Source of the DNA: Candidatus Enterousia sp. | GTDB lineage: Bacteria; Pseudomonadota; Alphaproteobacteria; Rs-D84 | Assembly: GCA_045654485.1 (NCBI GenBank) | Contig: JAZONN010000023.1 | Location: forward strand, 103,342 to 167,341 | Reading direction: 5' to 3' | DNA length: 64,000 bases | Part shown: positions 19,153-26,876 of the stretch, piece after piece | Layout of the letters: each line of letters begins with the position of its first letter | Position numbering within the stretch: position 1 is the first letter of the stretch | The notes under the pieces: generated by a model | Seen by the model: only the letters and a program-made list of their open reading frames with translations | The model's database searches: none | What the model was told of the DNA's origin: nothing | Program-made: the position numbers and the translations under genes

Positions 19153-19182
19153 ATAATAGTAAATTTTTGAAAACTGTGTCAA
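19153..19182 (-). promoter_or_regulatory. sigma70-like promoter for the MotA/MotB-like pair
   Basis: On the minus strand, TTGACA (19182-19177), 18-nt spacer, TATTAT (19158-19153). Confidence 0.4.
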
Positions 19183-19200
19183 CAGGTTTATAGGGGGATA

Positions 19201-19232
19201 ATATGAAAAAAACCGCCACAAGGTGACGGTTT
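19201..19232 (-). terminator. intrinsic terminator after the CsgG-like gene
   Basis: On the minus strand, AACCGTC-ACCTTGT-GGCGGTT (one G.U pair) followed by TTTTTTT. Confidence 0.6.
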
Positions 19233-19251
19233 AAAATGTAATTTATTGGAA

Positions 19252-20304
19252 TCACAAATCTGTTAATAAAAAATCAACTAATTGTTTGCCGGCTTTTTTT
19301 GATAATTGTGAAATTGTGCCGTTGCATGAAGAGCCACCACCCAAATTCATATCTTCGGACATATCATTCATTGATACGATTTCCATGGTTGCTGTTTCAA
19401 TCAATTTGTATGAAGCAGACAGATTTGCTGATCCAGTTGTTATTTTTTCTCCTGTTAACTGTATTTCTTTGGTTTGTGTTGATGCATTAAAATCATCAAC
19501 GCTGACAATTAACAAATAATCTGCAATTTTTATTTGTTTTAATTTGTTTAAATTGTCTTCGTTTGCCAAATCTTTGCCCAAAAGAGAGAGTTCTTTTAAT
19601 TGCTTGTTTATGTTATCCCGATCGACAACGGTTAATTTTTTTGACTTAACCAATGGTGTTGACATCTGGTCGATGATTTTTTCTTCGATTGCCTTGGATT
19701 TTTTAGTGTTTGCAATACATTTCCAGGATTGCCCATTATCCGATGGTATGATTGCAACGGTATATTTTGCTTTGCTGACCAAATCCGGTGATTCATATTC
19801 ATCCAGTTTTTTTACCTTTGCTGCAATCGAAACTTTCCAGGAACCGTCTTTTTGTTCTTCGGTTTTTACGACCTCATAACTTTCTAAAACGCCTTTGTAT
19901 TGCGCTTGAACTTCACGTTGAATAGATTCATTTGAAAGTTCGACAGATCCGCCTTTATTGCGATATTGCAGTTTTTCAGAAGTGTTATCTTTGGACCAAA
20001 ATTTTAATTTAGACCAAAATCCACCGCTACTTTCGTCTGTGTTGCCTGTATCAGAAGAATGTTTTGCGTCATACGTCATATCGATGTTACGCCCATCTTT
20101 TAATACTAATTTTTGGGTAGATAAATCAATTGTTTTGTCGTGTTGGATTGCCACAGGGTTTGATTGACGCACAGCGTTATCAATTGCATCAATTGTTGCC
20201 GTATATACGTTTTTGCCATAGCCTGTTGCATTGATTGTTTCTATTTTTGCGTTTGCTACCCATGGTAGCAAACAACATAACAGTACGGTTGAAATTTTTT
20301 TCAT
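19252..20304 (-). CDS. exported CsgG/LPP20-like protein
   Basis: ORF 19252..20322, started at ATG 20304 (MKKISTVLLCCLLPWVANA) with AAGGA upstream. The C-terminal half (YTVAIIPSDN...LTVVDRDNINKQLKE...ADYLLIVSVDDF...) follows the CsgG-family pattern. The N-terminal half is LPP20-like. Confidence 0.45.
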   Translation of the reverse strand: MKKISTVLLCCLLPWVANAKIETINATGYGKNVYTATIDAIDNAVRQSNPVAIQHDKTIDLSTQKLVLKDGRNIDMTYDAKHSSDTGNTDESSGGFWSKLKFWSKDNTSEKLQYRNKGGSVELSNESIQREVQAQYKGVLESYEVVKTEEQKDGSWKVSIAAKVKKLDEYESPDLVSKAKYTVAIIPSDNGQSWKCIANTKKSKAIEEKIIDQMSTPLVKSKKLTVVDRDNINKQLKELSLLGKDLANEDNLNKLKQIKIADYLLIVSVDDFNASTQTKEIQLTGEKITTGSANLSASYKLIETATMEIVSMNDMSEDMNLGGGSSCNGTISQLSKKAGKQLVDFLLTDL

Positions 20305-20315
20305 ATTAAATCCTT

Positions 20316-20921
20316 TTACCATGTTTTTGTGTTTTTATCGGTTATTTTGGTTATTACTTTTTTATCACTCCATAATTCTGTGCCGTCGCCCATATCAATT
20401 AGGTTTAGCGAGAATATGTATTCAATCATTTTTTTATTGCCAACAGTGCTATTTTTCTGGGCAATACGACCTTCTAGTGTCAAATCAAATGCTTTGACTG
20501 TGTTATTCTTTTTTACTGTGGATTTATCCACCAACGATGAATCCTTTAATTGTCTAGATAGGGCGATATTTTCACTTTTGTTGTCGCCAAAAGCATTTGT
20601 TGTTTTTACTTTGCCACTACGACGTAATTCTTTTTTGATATAATCTGTCAAATCATCTGTGTTGATGCGTTGCATTGTGTCATTTTTAATGTCGCTAATC
20701 ATCATAACATATGGTTGTCCGTTGCTTTTTGGGGTTGCTAGTTCATACATCAGCATATCGTCAATCATTTCTTTGGCGGCATTTTCAAAGTCGTTGTCCG
20801 ATAAGGTTGCTGTTACGTATTCGGCTGATTCTGCACGGCTTATGACTTGGGTTTGTGTTGTGCAAGCAGACAAAGTCATCATTAATACTGTGCTTAATGC
20901 AATTATTGATGTTTTTTTCAT
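20316..20921 (-). CDS. LpoB (YcfM)-like lipoprotein
   Basis: 201 aa with lipobox LSAC. ...VMMISDIKNDTMQRINTDDLTDYIKKELRRSGKV... and ...YIFSLNLIDMGDGTELWSDKK match the LpoB/COG3417 pattern. Confidence 0.65.
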   Translation of the reverse strand: MKKTSIIALSTVLMMTLSACTTQTQVISRAESAEYVTATLSDNDFENAAKEMIDDMLMYELATPKSNGQPYVMMISDIKNDTMQRINTDDLTDYIKKELRRSGKVKTTNAFGDNKSENIALSRQLKDSSLVDKSTVKKNNTVKAFDLTLEGRIAQKNSTVGNKKMIEYIFSLNLIDMGDGTELWSDKKVITKITDKNTKTW

Positions 20922-20946
20922 TTTTTACTCCTGTTGTTTATTTGGT

Positions 20947-21315
20947 TTATTGTTCTATCGGGCGGTCGGATATGTATACTTTGTAATCTACGGCTTTTGC
21001 ACTTGGGGCGATAACCGTCCAATGAAAAGGTTGATTGCGTCTAACAATAGCTTGATTTGAATTAGATAAAATTGAATTTTGCTTCATGCCATCTTTGTCA
21101 AACCAAACAATACGATAGAATAGATCTGTGTCTTCATATGTTTCGCCAGATACCGTCACCAGTTTAAAAGCATCTGAATCGCGTATTGTGTCTTGGACGG
21201 ATATGTGTTTTAAATAGCTGTCGTTTTGCACGAAAATCTTGTCGGGGTGTGCATTTTGTGCTGCACAACCCGTCAAAGAAATTCCAGCCAATGTTAAAAT
21301 TAACTGTTTTTTCAT
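20947..21315 (-). CDS. YcfL-like lipoprotein
   Basis: 122 aa with lipobox LTGC and ...FYRIVWFDKDGMKQ..., typical of YcfL/DUF1425. Confidence 0.65.
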   Translation of the reverse strand: MKKQLILTLAGISLTGCAAQNAHPDKIFVQNDSYLKHISVQDTIRDSDAFKLVTVSGETYEDTDLFYRIVWFDKDGMKQNSILSNSNQAIVRRNQPFHWTVIAPSAKAVDYKVYISDRPIEQ

Positions 21316-21330
21316 TTGTTTTCCTTTGTT

Positions 21331-22635
21331 TTAATTCAATTTACCCACAATAATACTTGGAGCAGCATTAACTGTTGGTATACGAACAAATATTGCGGCA
21401 TTTTTTATATCGTCAGGGATAACGACTTCATAATTTTGATTTATGACAATCTTGCGGTCTTTTGGCATTTCAACACGTGCAATCTGGACTTCGTTTGGTA
21501 AAGAGGTCCATGAACGCAAATCCCATGGTTTTTCTGCGCTCATAATGGCTGCAACTGCCAATGTTCCGCCAATTGCCCACAAGTTAGATGAATTTTCATT
21601 CTTTTTTGCCATTGCGTGCGCCCCAATACCGGCCGCCGTCGCTGCGGCAACTTTGCCAACTTCGAACACAACGGAACTGATAATGTTTCGTGTTTTGTAT
21701 TTTTCTAAGTCGGTTTTTACAATTGAGTCCATGTTGGCCAAAAATTCTGTTTGGGTGGCTGTGTCCGACGTGCCGACAAATAGCGTTGGAGCAGCAGGTG
21801 CGCCAGCCCAAACATCAGGAATTGTTAGTTGGATATTAAAAGCACGTAAAATTTCTGGTGCTAAAGAGCGTGGTTTTATTTCGCCGACTGTTCCATTTTC
21901 AAAGAACACCCATACGTGCTGTTTTTTGGATGCAATTGCCTTGGAATCTGTTTTTATGAAACCGTTATATGGGGCAAATTGTTTCACGCGGCTCAAATAA
22001 TTTTCTGAGTTTGCTTTGTCTCCATTTACACCATCAAACAAGGCGTTCATGTATGTTGTGTAGGGGTTTACATAATCTTTCATTGCGACAACAGAGTCGG
22101 GAATTTGACTCATTTCTGCGTCGACGGCCTGGACAATAGTGTTTAAATCTGGTAATCCTGGAATTTGTGCCGCTTTTTCTTCAAATTCGGCTTCAAGATC
22201 TTCGATTTCTTCGCTATTTTTTTGAACGTTTTCTGTTTGCAATTCATATGCTTGGCGAAACATTTGTGTGGCGTGTTCGGTGCCGTCTGCCATGTAACCC
22301 ATTGCGGCATATGTTTTGAACATGATTTTTTCATAGTCCTTGATTTCATAGTCAGAATCTTCTTCTGAATCGCCAACTAATACGCTATCCGTTGCAGCAA
22401 AGCACATTTCACGAGATTCTGGAATACCAGCCCATAAAAAGCCGGTTCCGCATTGAAGCCCGCCTAGGTAGATATTGTTTGGTTCTTGGGCGGAAACGGT
22501 TGCGTCTGCCATTAACTGTGCCGCTGGTGCGTAAGCACCGGCGTTAAAATGATTTGTAAACTCTATATTTGTTGCTTCAAAGCCACCGCCACATGCCGCC
22601 AACAATAGGGGGAAAGTATATGTGAATTTTTTCAT
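21331..22635 (-). CDS. large lipoprotein (COG3014-like)
   Basis: 434 aa with lipobox LLAAC and RBS AAGGAAG. Size and position next to YcfL-like and LpoB-like genes fit the conserved lipoprotein triad. Confidence 0.5.
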   Translation of the reverse strand: MKKFTYTFPLLLAACGGGFEATNIEFTNHFNAGAYAPAAQLMADATVSAQEPNNIYLGGLQCGTGFLWAGIPESREMCFAATDSVLVGDSEEDSDYEIKDYEKIMFKTYAAMGYMADGTEHATQMFRQAYELQTENVQKNSEEIEDLEAEFEEKAAQIPGLPDLNTIVQAVDAEMSQIPDSVVAMKDYVNPYTTYMNALFDGVNGDKANSENYLSRVKQFAPYNGFIKTDSKAIASKKQHVWVFFENGTVGEIKPRSLAPEILRAFNIQLTIPDVWAGAPAAPTLFVGTSDTATQTEFLANMDSIVKTDLEKYKTRNIISSVVFEVGKVAAATAAGIGAHAMAKKNENSSNLWAIGGTLAVAAIMSAEKPWDLRSWTSLPNEVQIARVEMPKDRKIVINQNYEVVIPDDIKNAAIFVRIPTVNAAPSIIVGKLN

Positions 22636-22650
22636 GCTGACTTCCTTTGA

Positions 22651-23295
22651 TTAGAATGAAATGCGTGCGCCAAGTGTTAATTCATGTGCGACATTGTTAA
22701 ATTCAACCTTATATGAATATTCATATGGGTATCCAATTTCTGTTTCTGTGTATTCTGTTGTGCCAAAGTTGATGTATCTATAACCAATGTCCAATGTTAC
22801 TGTGTTGTTTACTTTCCATCCGACACCGGTAGCTACCTTCCAAGCCAATGAGTGTAATGTTTCGGATTCTGATTCTGCACTAAGTTCTTGTTGGTTATAT
22901 CCGATACCTAAGCCAACATATGGGGTAAATGGACTGTTGGTTTTTATGTCGTAATATGCATTTGCAAATAGTGCGTAATTTTTAATAGATAAATCCGTGT
23001 CTTCGATAGTTGAATCATTGAAATAATGATTGTATTCCAATTCAATGCGTGCATCAGATAATTGAACACCGTATGCAATTACTAAGCCATTGGTTGTCCC
23101 TAGGTCGAAATCTTCGGTATAGTTTTCTTGATATTCCATCATGGTAGACCAATCGATCATGCTAATTTTTTCTTTTAATTCTATTTTTGATGAAACAGGT
23201 GCTGCTAGTTTCAAAGAAGCATATTGGCGAAAGTTTACTGCGTGTGCATCAAAGCAAATTATACCTAACAGGGCAATTAAACTGATTTTTTTCAT
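22651..23295 (-). CDS. small outer-membrane beta-barrel protein
   Basis: 214 aa with signal peptide MKKISLIALLGIICFDAHA and C-terminal ...LGARISF. Confidence 0.7.
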   Translation of the reverse strand: MKKISLIALLGIICFDAHAVNFRQYASLKLAAPVSSKIELKEKISMIDWSTMMEYQENYTEDFDLGTTNGLVIAYGVQLSDARIELEYNHYFNDSTIEDTDLSIKNYALFANAYYDIKTNSPFTPYVGLGIGYNQQELSAESESETLHSLAWKVATGVGWKVNNTVTLDIGYRYINFGTTEYTETEIGYPYEYSYKVEFNNVAHELTLGARISF

Positions 23296-23352
23296 TTGTT
23301 AATCCTTTGGCTGAATTAGAATGGGGCGAGTTTTTTTGCTCGCCCAGTTTTT

Positions 23353-23616
23353 TTATAATACGGGTTCGATTTTGCAGCTTTTAGCGACGTTAACTTTTAC
23401 TGCTGCTTCACAGAATTTTGCATGATTGACACAAATTGCAACGGCAGTATCTCCTTTTTTTAGTGCTTCAACCAATTCTTTGGCTTCGCTTGCTGTTACT
23501 GTGACTGGATCGACACCTTGGCAGACAACCATCATTTTGGGTTCCATACCAAAATCCCCCAGCATAGAACATGCGCTTAATCCAGCGATACTGCATACCA
23601 ATAAAAGTTTTTTCAT
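23353..23616 (-). CDS. small lipoprotein (87 aa)
   Basis: ORF 23353..23655, started at ATG 23616 (MKKLLLVCSIAGLSAC lipobox) with AAGGAGA upstream. Confidence 0.6.
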   Translation of the reverse strand: MKKLLLVCSIAGLSACSMLGDFGMEPKMMVVCQGVDPVTVTASEAKELVEALKKGDTAVAICVNHAKFCEAAVKVNVAKSCKIEPVL

Positions 23617-23638
23617 AAGTTTCTCCTTGTTTATTATG

Positions 23639-23860
23639 AAAAAATAAACCGCCAACAGGAAGGCGGTCGGGGAGTTCGTAAATCATAAGTTCAATGATTC
23701 TATTGCTTTTGGCTAACGTGCCTATTATATAACAACAGCTCCCCGACATTTTGTCAGGGCAATATAACGGTGCAATCCACACCATTTTGGATGACGATGC
23801 AAATTGCACCGGAACTTATGAGCTTACGACAGCCCGAGTCCAATTCCCATTGGATTCAAT
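23639..23860 (-). ncRNA. structured leader/ncRNA, copy A (paralogue of 40735..40996), ending in an intrinsic terminator
   Basis: Helix 1 pairs 23820-23812 with 23692-23684 (CATAAGTTC/GAACTTATG). Helix 2 pairs 23747-23739 with 23674-23666 (GTCGGGGAG/CTCCCCGAC). The terminator is AACCGCC-TTCCTGTT-GGCGGTT-TATTTTTT. Both helices covary with copy B. Confidence 0.45.
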
Positions 23861-23864
23861 GCCT

Positions 23865-23894
23865 AGTTTAACATTAATCGGAATAAAAGTCCAA
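23865..23894 (-). promoter_or_regulatory. candidate promoter of leader/ncRNA copy A
   Basis: On the minus strand, TTGGAC (23894-23889), 18-nt spacer, TAAACT (23870-23865). This is the same distance from the conserved GAATC block as in copy B. Confidence 0.3.
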
Positions 23895-23941
23895 TTGATA
23901 TAATTGTTTTGATGTGATGAGATTTGTTTTTTGTTGGGTGC

Positions 23942-24384
23942 CAAATCCGCGTGTTGTCACACGGTTTAACAAAAAACGCCGCACAAGGCGACGTTCTTTG
24001 TTAAATCTGGCGCATCGTAGCAAGGATTCCCTTGGCATAAATGCCTGTGGGGCATTCGTTAGCACTCGAACTGCACGATGTTTGTTCTCGTTTACTCATT
24101 GTCGAACCCTTTGGTCGGGTTCAAATCCGCGTGTTGTCACACGGTTTAACAAAAAACGCCGCACAAGGCGACGCTCTTTGTTAAATCTGGCGCATCCAGA
24201 AGGATTCCCTTGGCATAAATGCCTGCGGGGCATTCGTTAGCACTCGAACTGCACGATGTTTGTTCTCGTTTACTCATTGTCGAACCCTTTGGTCGGGTTC
24301 AAATCCGCGTGTTGTCACACGGTTTAACAAAAAACGCCGCATAACGCGACGTTCTTTGTTAAATCTGGCGCATCCAGAAGGATT
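23942..24384. repeat. tandem ~179-bp repeat (units 23942-24121, 24122-24299, partial 24300-24384), each carrying a copy of the tRNA-Arg(ACG) 3' end plus a terminator
   Basis: Periods are 180 and 178 bp, near-identical except in the pseudo-acceptor segment. The third unit merges into the intact tRNA. Confidence 0.9.
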
Positions 24385-24442
24385 CGAACCCTCAGTCTTC
24401 TGATCCGTAGTCAGATGCTTTATCCAGTTAAGCTATGGATGC
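24366..24442 (-). tRNA. tRNA-Arg, anticodon ACG (CCA encoded)
   Basis: Reverse complement is GCATCCA-TA-GCTT AACTGGATA AAGC-A-TCTGA[CTACGGA]TCAGA-AGACT-GAGGG TTCGAAT CCTTC-TGGATGC-G-CCA. Confidence 0.92.
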
Positions 24443-24499
24443 AACGGATTGTTATTTTATACCATTTTATTTTAATTGCAAGTAATTTTTCATATTTTT

Positions 24500-25078
24500 T
24501 TATCTGGTCTTGTTTGTGCCGTGATATAGGGCGTTGTAATGACGGCGACAGACGGATTTATAATTGCTGTCCCCAAGTGCAAATTGGTCGCCCGCACGAA
24601 TGACATCGCCGGATGGCGTGAAGCGTATGTGGTGGGTTGCCAATTTCATACAGCCGTTGATTTGACATGTGGAATCCATGCGGTGTAGTTTTGCACCGAC
24701 CTCTATTAAACGGCGAGATGCAGGAAATATTTTTTCATTGCTGTCAACCATTAGGCCGTAACACATAACAATTTTGTTTTGTTGGTCGGCAATGTGTACC
24801 AGTTTGTCTATGTCTGTTTCGGAAAAGAACTGCACTTCGTCGACCAGAATAACGTTTGTGTCTTTTGATGGCGTGTATGTGGATAAATTTGGCATTGCGT
24901 TTGCTTCACATTCCAATCCAATACGGGAAACGATTTTTTCGGTTGCGAATCGTTTATCGAATGCTGGCTTGATAACTTCGACTTGGGTGCCGTTGCGACG
25001 AAAATTGTATGCGTTGATGATTAGTGCGGCGGATTTAGAACTGCTCATAACGCCATAGTGAAAATGCAAGTTTGCCAT
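24500..25078 (-). CDS. tdk: thymidine kinase
   Basis: 192 aa with P-loop-like GVMSSSKSAAL, VDEVQFF, and a C-terminal Cys cluster (C..C...C..H). Confidence 0.9.
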   Translation of the reverse strand: MANLHFHYGVMSSSKSAALIINAYNFRRNGTQVEVIKPAFDKRFATEKIVSRIGLECEANAMPNLSTYTPSKDTNVILVDEVQFFSETDIDKLVHIADQQNKIVMCYGLMVDSNEKIFPASRRLIEVGAKLHRMDSTCQINGCMKLATHHIRFTPSGDVIRAGDQFALGDSNYKSVCRRHYNALYHGTNKTR

Positions 25079-25097
25079 TTTTTGTTCCTTTGGGTGA

Positions 25098-26048
25098 TTA
25101 TTTTATGCCTGGTGCCATGGATTCAAGGCGTTCGATGCGGCTTTCGATTGGTGGATGCGTTGCGGTTAGTTTTGTGTTCAAGGTTGCGTGGCGGTGCCCT
25201 GGATATGCAATGCAAACGGTGGACATTGATGGAATGCGGTCTAAGGCCTCTATGCGTGAATCTGTTGAAATTTTATGCAATGCGGATGCCAACGATAACG
25301 GGTCACGTGTAATATGTGCGCCGGTTGCGTCGGCCGAATATTCACGGTTGCGTGATATTGCCATACGTAATAGTGGGCTAATAATCAAATTAAATACCAT
25401 GAATGCCAACCATACCATGAACAATATTGCACCAGAATTGTTGCGGTCGTTATTAGATGAACTGTTGCGGGTATATGTAAGGTTGCGTCCCAAAATGTCG
25501 GCAATAAATACCGTTACCCCAACGCCAGTAATTAGCAACATGTCCAATCGGATATCACGGTTGGCGATATGGGCCATTTCGTGTGCAATAACCCCACGTA
25601 ATTCTGCGGGGGTTAATTTATTGATAATGCCACGTGTCAAAGCAACAGATGCGTCGTTTGGGGTTCGGCCGGTTGCAAATGCGTTTAATGAATTGTCTTC
25701 TATTATATATACACGTGGTGTGGGCATGCCTGCCGCCAAAGCGGTGTTTTCAACCAGACGGAATATTTCACGGTTTTGTGGGTCTTGGTTATTGATTTCC
25801 TGGGCGTTTGCGACGTTTAACATCATTGAATCGCCGAATGACCATGATATTACCATCCAAATAACGCATGCGCAAAGTGTTGGTATTGCAACAGCTGTTG
25901 TTGTGTGTATTGCTTCGTCAAGTGGTGCGACGCACCATGTGAACAGAAATATTAGCCCGATAAATATGCATGGAAATAATGTGACCAGTAATATGGTTTT
26001 TATATTGTTTTGCCGAATGTGCGTGTAAACGGTTGAAAGATTTGACAT
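25098..26048 (-). CDS. htpX: M48-family membrane protease HtpX
   Basis: 316 aa with HEMAHIANRD zinc motif, multiple TM segments and RBS GGAAAGGA. Confidence 0.9.
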   Translation of the reverse strand: MSNLSTVYTHIRQNNIKTILLVTLFPCIFIGLIFLFTWCVAPLDEAIHTTTAVAIPTLCACVIWMVISWSFGDSMMLNVANAQEINNQDPQNREIFRLVENTALAAGMPTPRVYIIEDNSLNAFATGRTPNDASVALTRGIINKLTPAELRGVIAHEMAHIANRDIRLDMLLITGVGVTVFIADILGRNLTYTRNSSSNNDRNNSGAILFMVWLAFMVFNLIISPLLRMAISRNREYSADATGAHITRDPLSLASALHKISTDSRIEALDRIPSMSTVCIAYPGHRHATLNTKLTATHPPIESRIERLESMAPGIK

Positions 26049-26171
26049 TGTATATTTTCCTTTCCTGCTAGTACTGTGTTATCATAAAAAGCGCATTATG
26101 TCATGAAAAAAATGACTTTTATGTGATTGATATGGGTTGTGTTTATGTGTTAATTGTGATAAAATTTTCGT

Positions 26172-26843
26172 ATGGTATACAAACGTATTTTTTATGGAAT
26201 TATTGGAATGATGTGGGCGGTTGGTGCGCATTGTTCGGTGAATGGCGGAAATTTAACATATCAAGAATTTCCCAAGACAGAAAATGATTTGTCTTTTGTG
26301 GAATTGATGCGGCTAAAAGCCGAAGGGTATAAGCCGTACTTTGAAAAACAAGTATATTATCCAATCAAATTGAATTTGGATGATGGTGGTGGGGCGTCTA
26401 AGCAGGAAATAGATAAATGTCCGGATGTCTTGCCTGCATTCGGGGCGCAGTCGGCGGTCGTAGGTGCATTAGAGGATGTGAGTGAAGCTGACAAGAAAAT
26501 ATTAGAAAAGTTTAACAAGAGTGTTGTCGTCGGTGGTATGAAGTGTGAGTATAATAAGCAGATACCCGATGACTATCTTAGTTATACGTGTATTGTGTAT
26601 TGTCAATTGACCGATAAGGATCAACAATATGATGGCGATATTTGCTTTTATTCAAATTCGATTAGTCGCGCAAAGGTGGAAGATCAGCCGGATGCAAGTA
26701 TTGTAAACGTGCAAGATGATGTTGATTTGTACTTTGCTGAACCTATAGATGAAACATATCAGGGGGAGGAGGTTAGTAAGGGTACGAAACTTGGTAAAAT
26801 AAAGGATAAAGCTAATTTTTATTATTGTGTTTATAAAAAATAG
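26172..26843 (+). CDS. secreted protein sharing the N-terminal module of the adjacent M23 paralogues, with a different Cys-containing C-terminus
   Basis: 223 aa with a signal peptide. ...FPKTENDLSFVELMRLKAEGYKPYF aligns with FQKTDTDLSFAENMKVMADGYEAYY and FAKTYNDLSAADHLAIMAEGYLPY in the next two genes. Confidence 0.6.
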   Translation: MVYKRIFYGIIGMMWAVGAHCSVNGGNLTYQEFPKTENDLSFVELMRLKAEGYKPYFEKQVYYPIKLNLDDGGGASKQEIDKCPDVLPAFGAQSAVVGALEDVSEADKKILEKFNKSVVVGGMKCEYNKQIPDDYLSYTCIVYCQLTDKDQQYDGDICFYSNSISRAKVEDQPDASIVNVQDDVDLYFAEPIDETYQGEEVSKGTKLGKIKDKANFYYCVYKK

Positions 26844-26876
26844 TTCTTCAGCTCCTTGTGATTAAAAGGTTTTTGC

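Noticed and set aside
23639-23860. Assignment of the leader element to a known riboswitch class (c-di-GMP-I/II, yybP-ykoY) or to 6S, tmRNA, SRP or RNase P RNA
   Set aside because: Only fragmentary resemblances exist: GGGGAGC versus the GGGGAGUAG of yybP, and GCGTAAAGGCC in copy B versus ACGCAAAGCC of GEMM-I. The characteristic conserved cores are absent.
23914-24240. 108-aa plus-strand ORF, the 63-aa minus-strand ORF (23874..24065), and a 43-codon ORF with an SD inside each repeat unit
   Set aside because: They run through the tandem tRNA-linked repeats. The repeated peptide is a by-product of the DNA repeat. The 43-codon frame is broken by the 2-nt length difference between units.
23942-24384. 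Possible CRISPR array
   Set aside because: The units are ~179 bp and contiguous, with no short repeat/unique spacer alternation. No cas genes are present in the window.
25072-26028. 318-aa plus-strand ORF
   Set aside because: It is antisense to htpX, which has the HEMAH motif and TM topology, and the ORF itself has no recognisable motifs. The same reasoning applies to 13189..13755, 21443..22000, 8800..9276, 12438..12872, 43654..44151, 44231..44812, 55155..55604, 57840..58319 and the many short ORFs inside polA.
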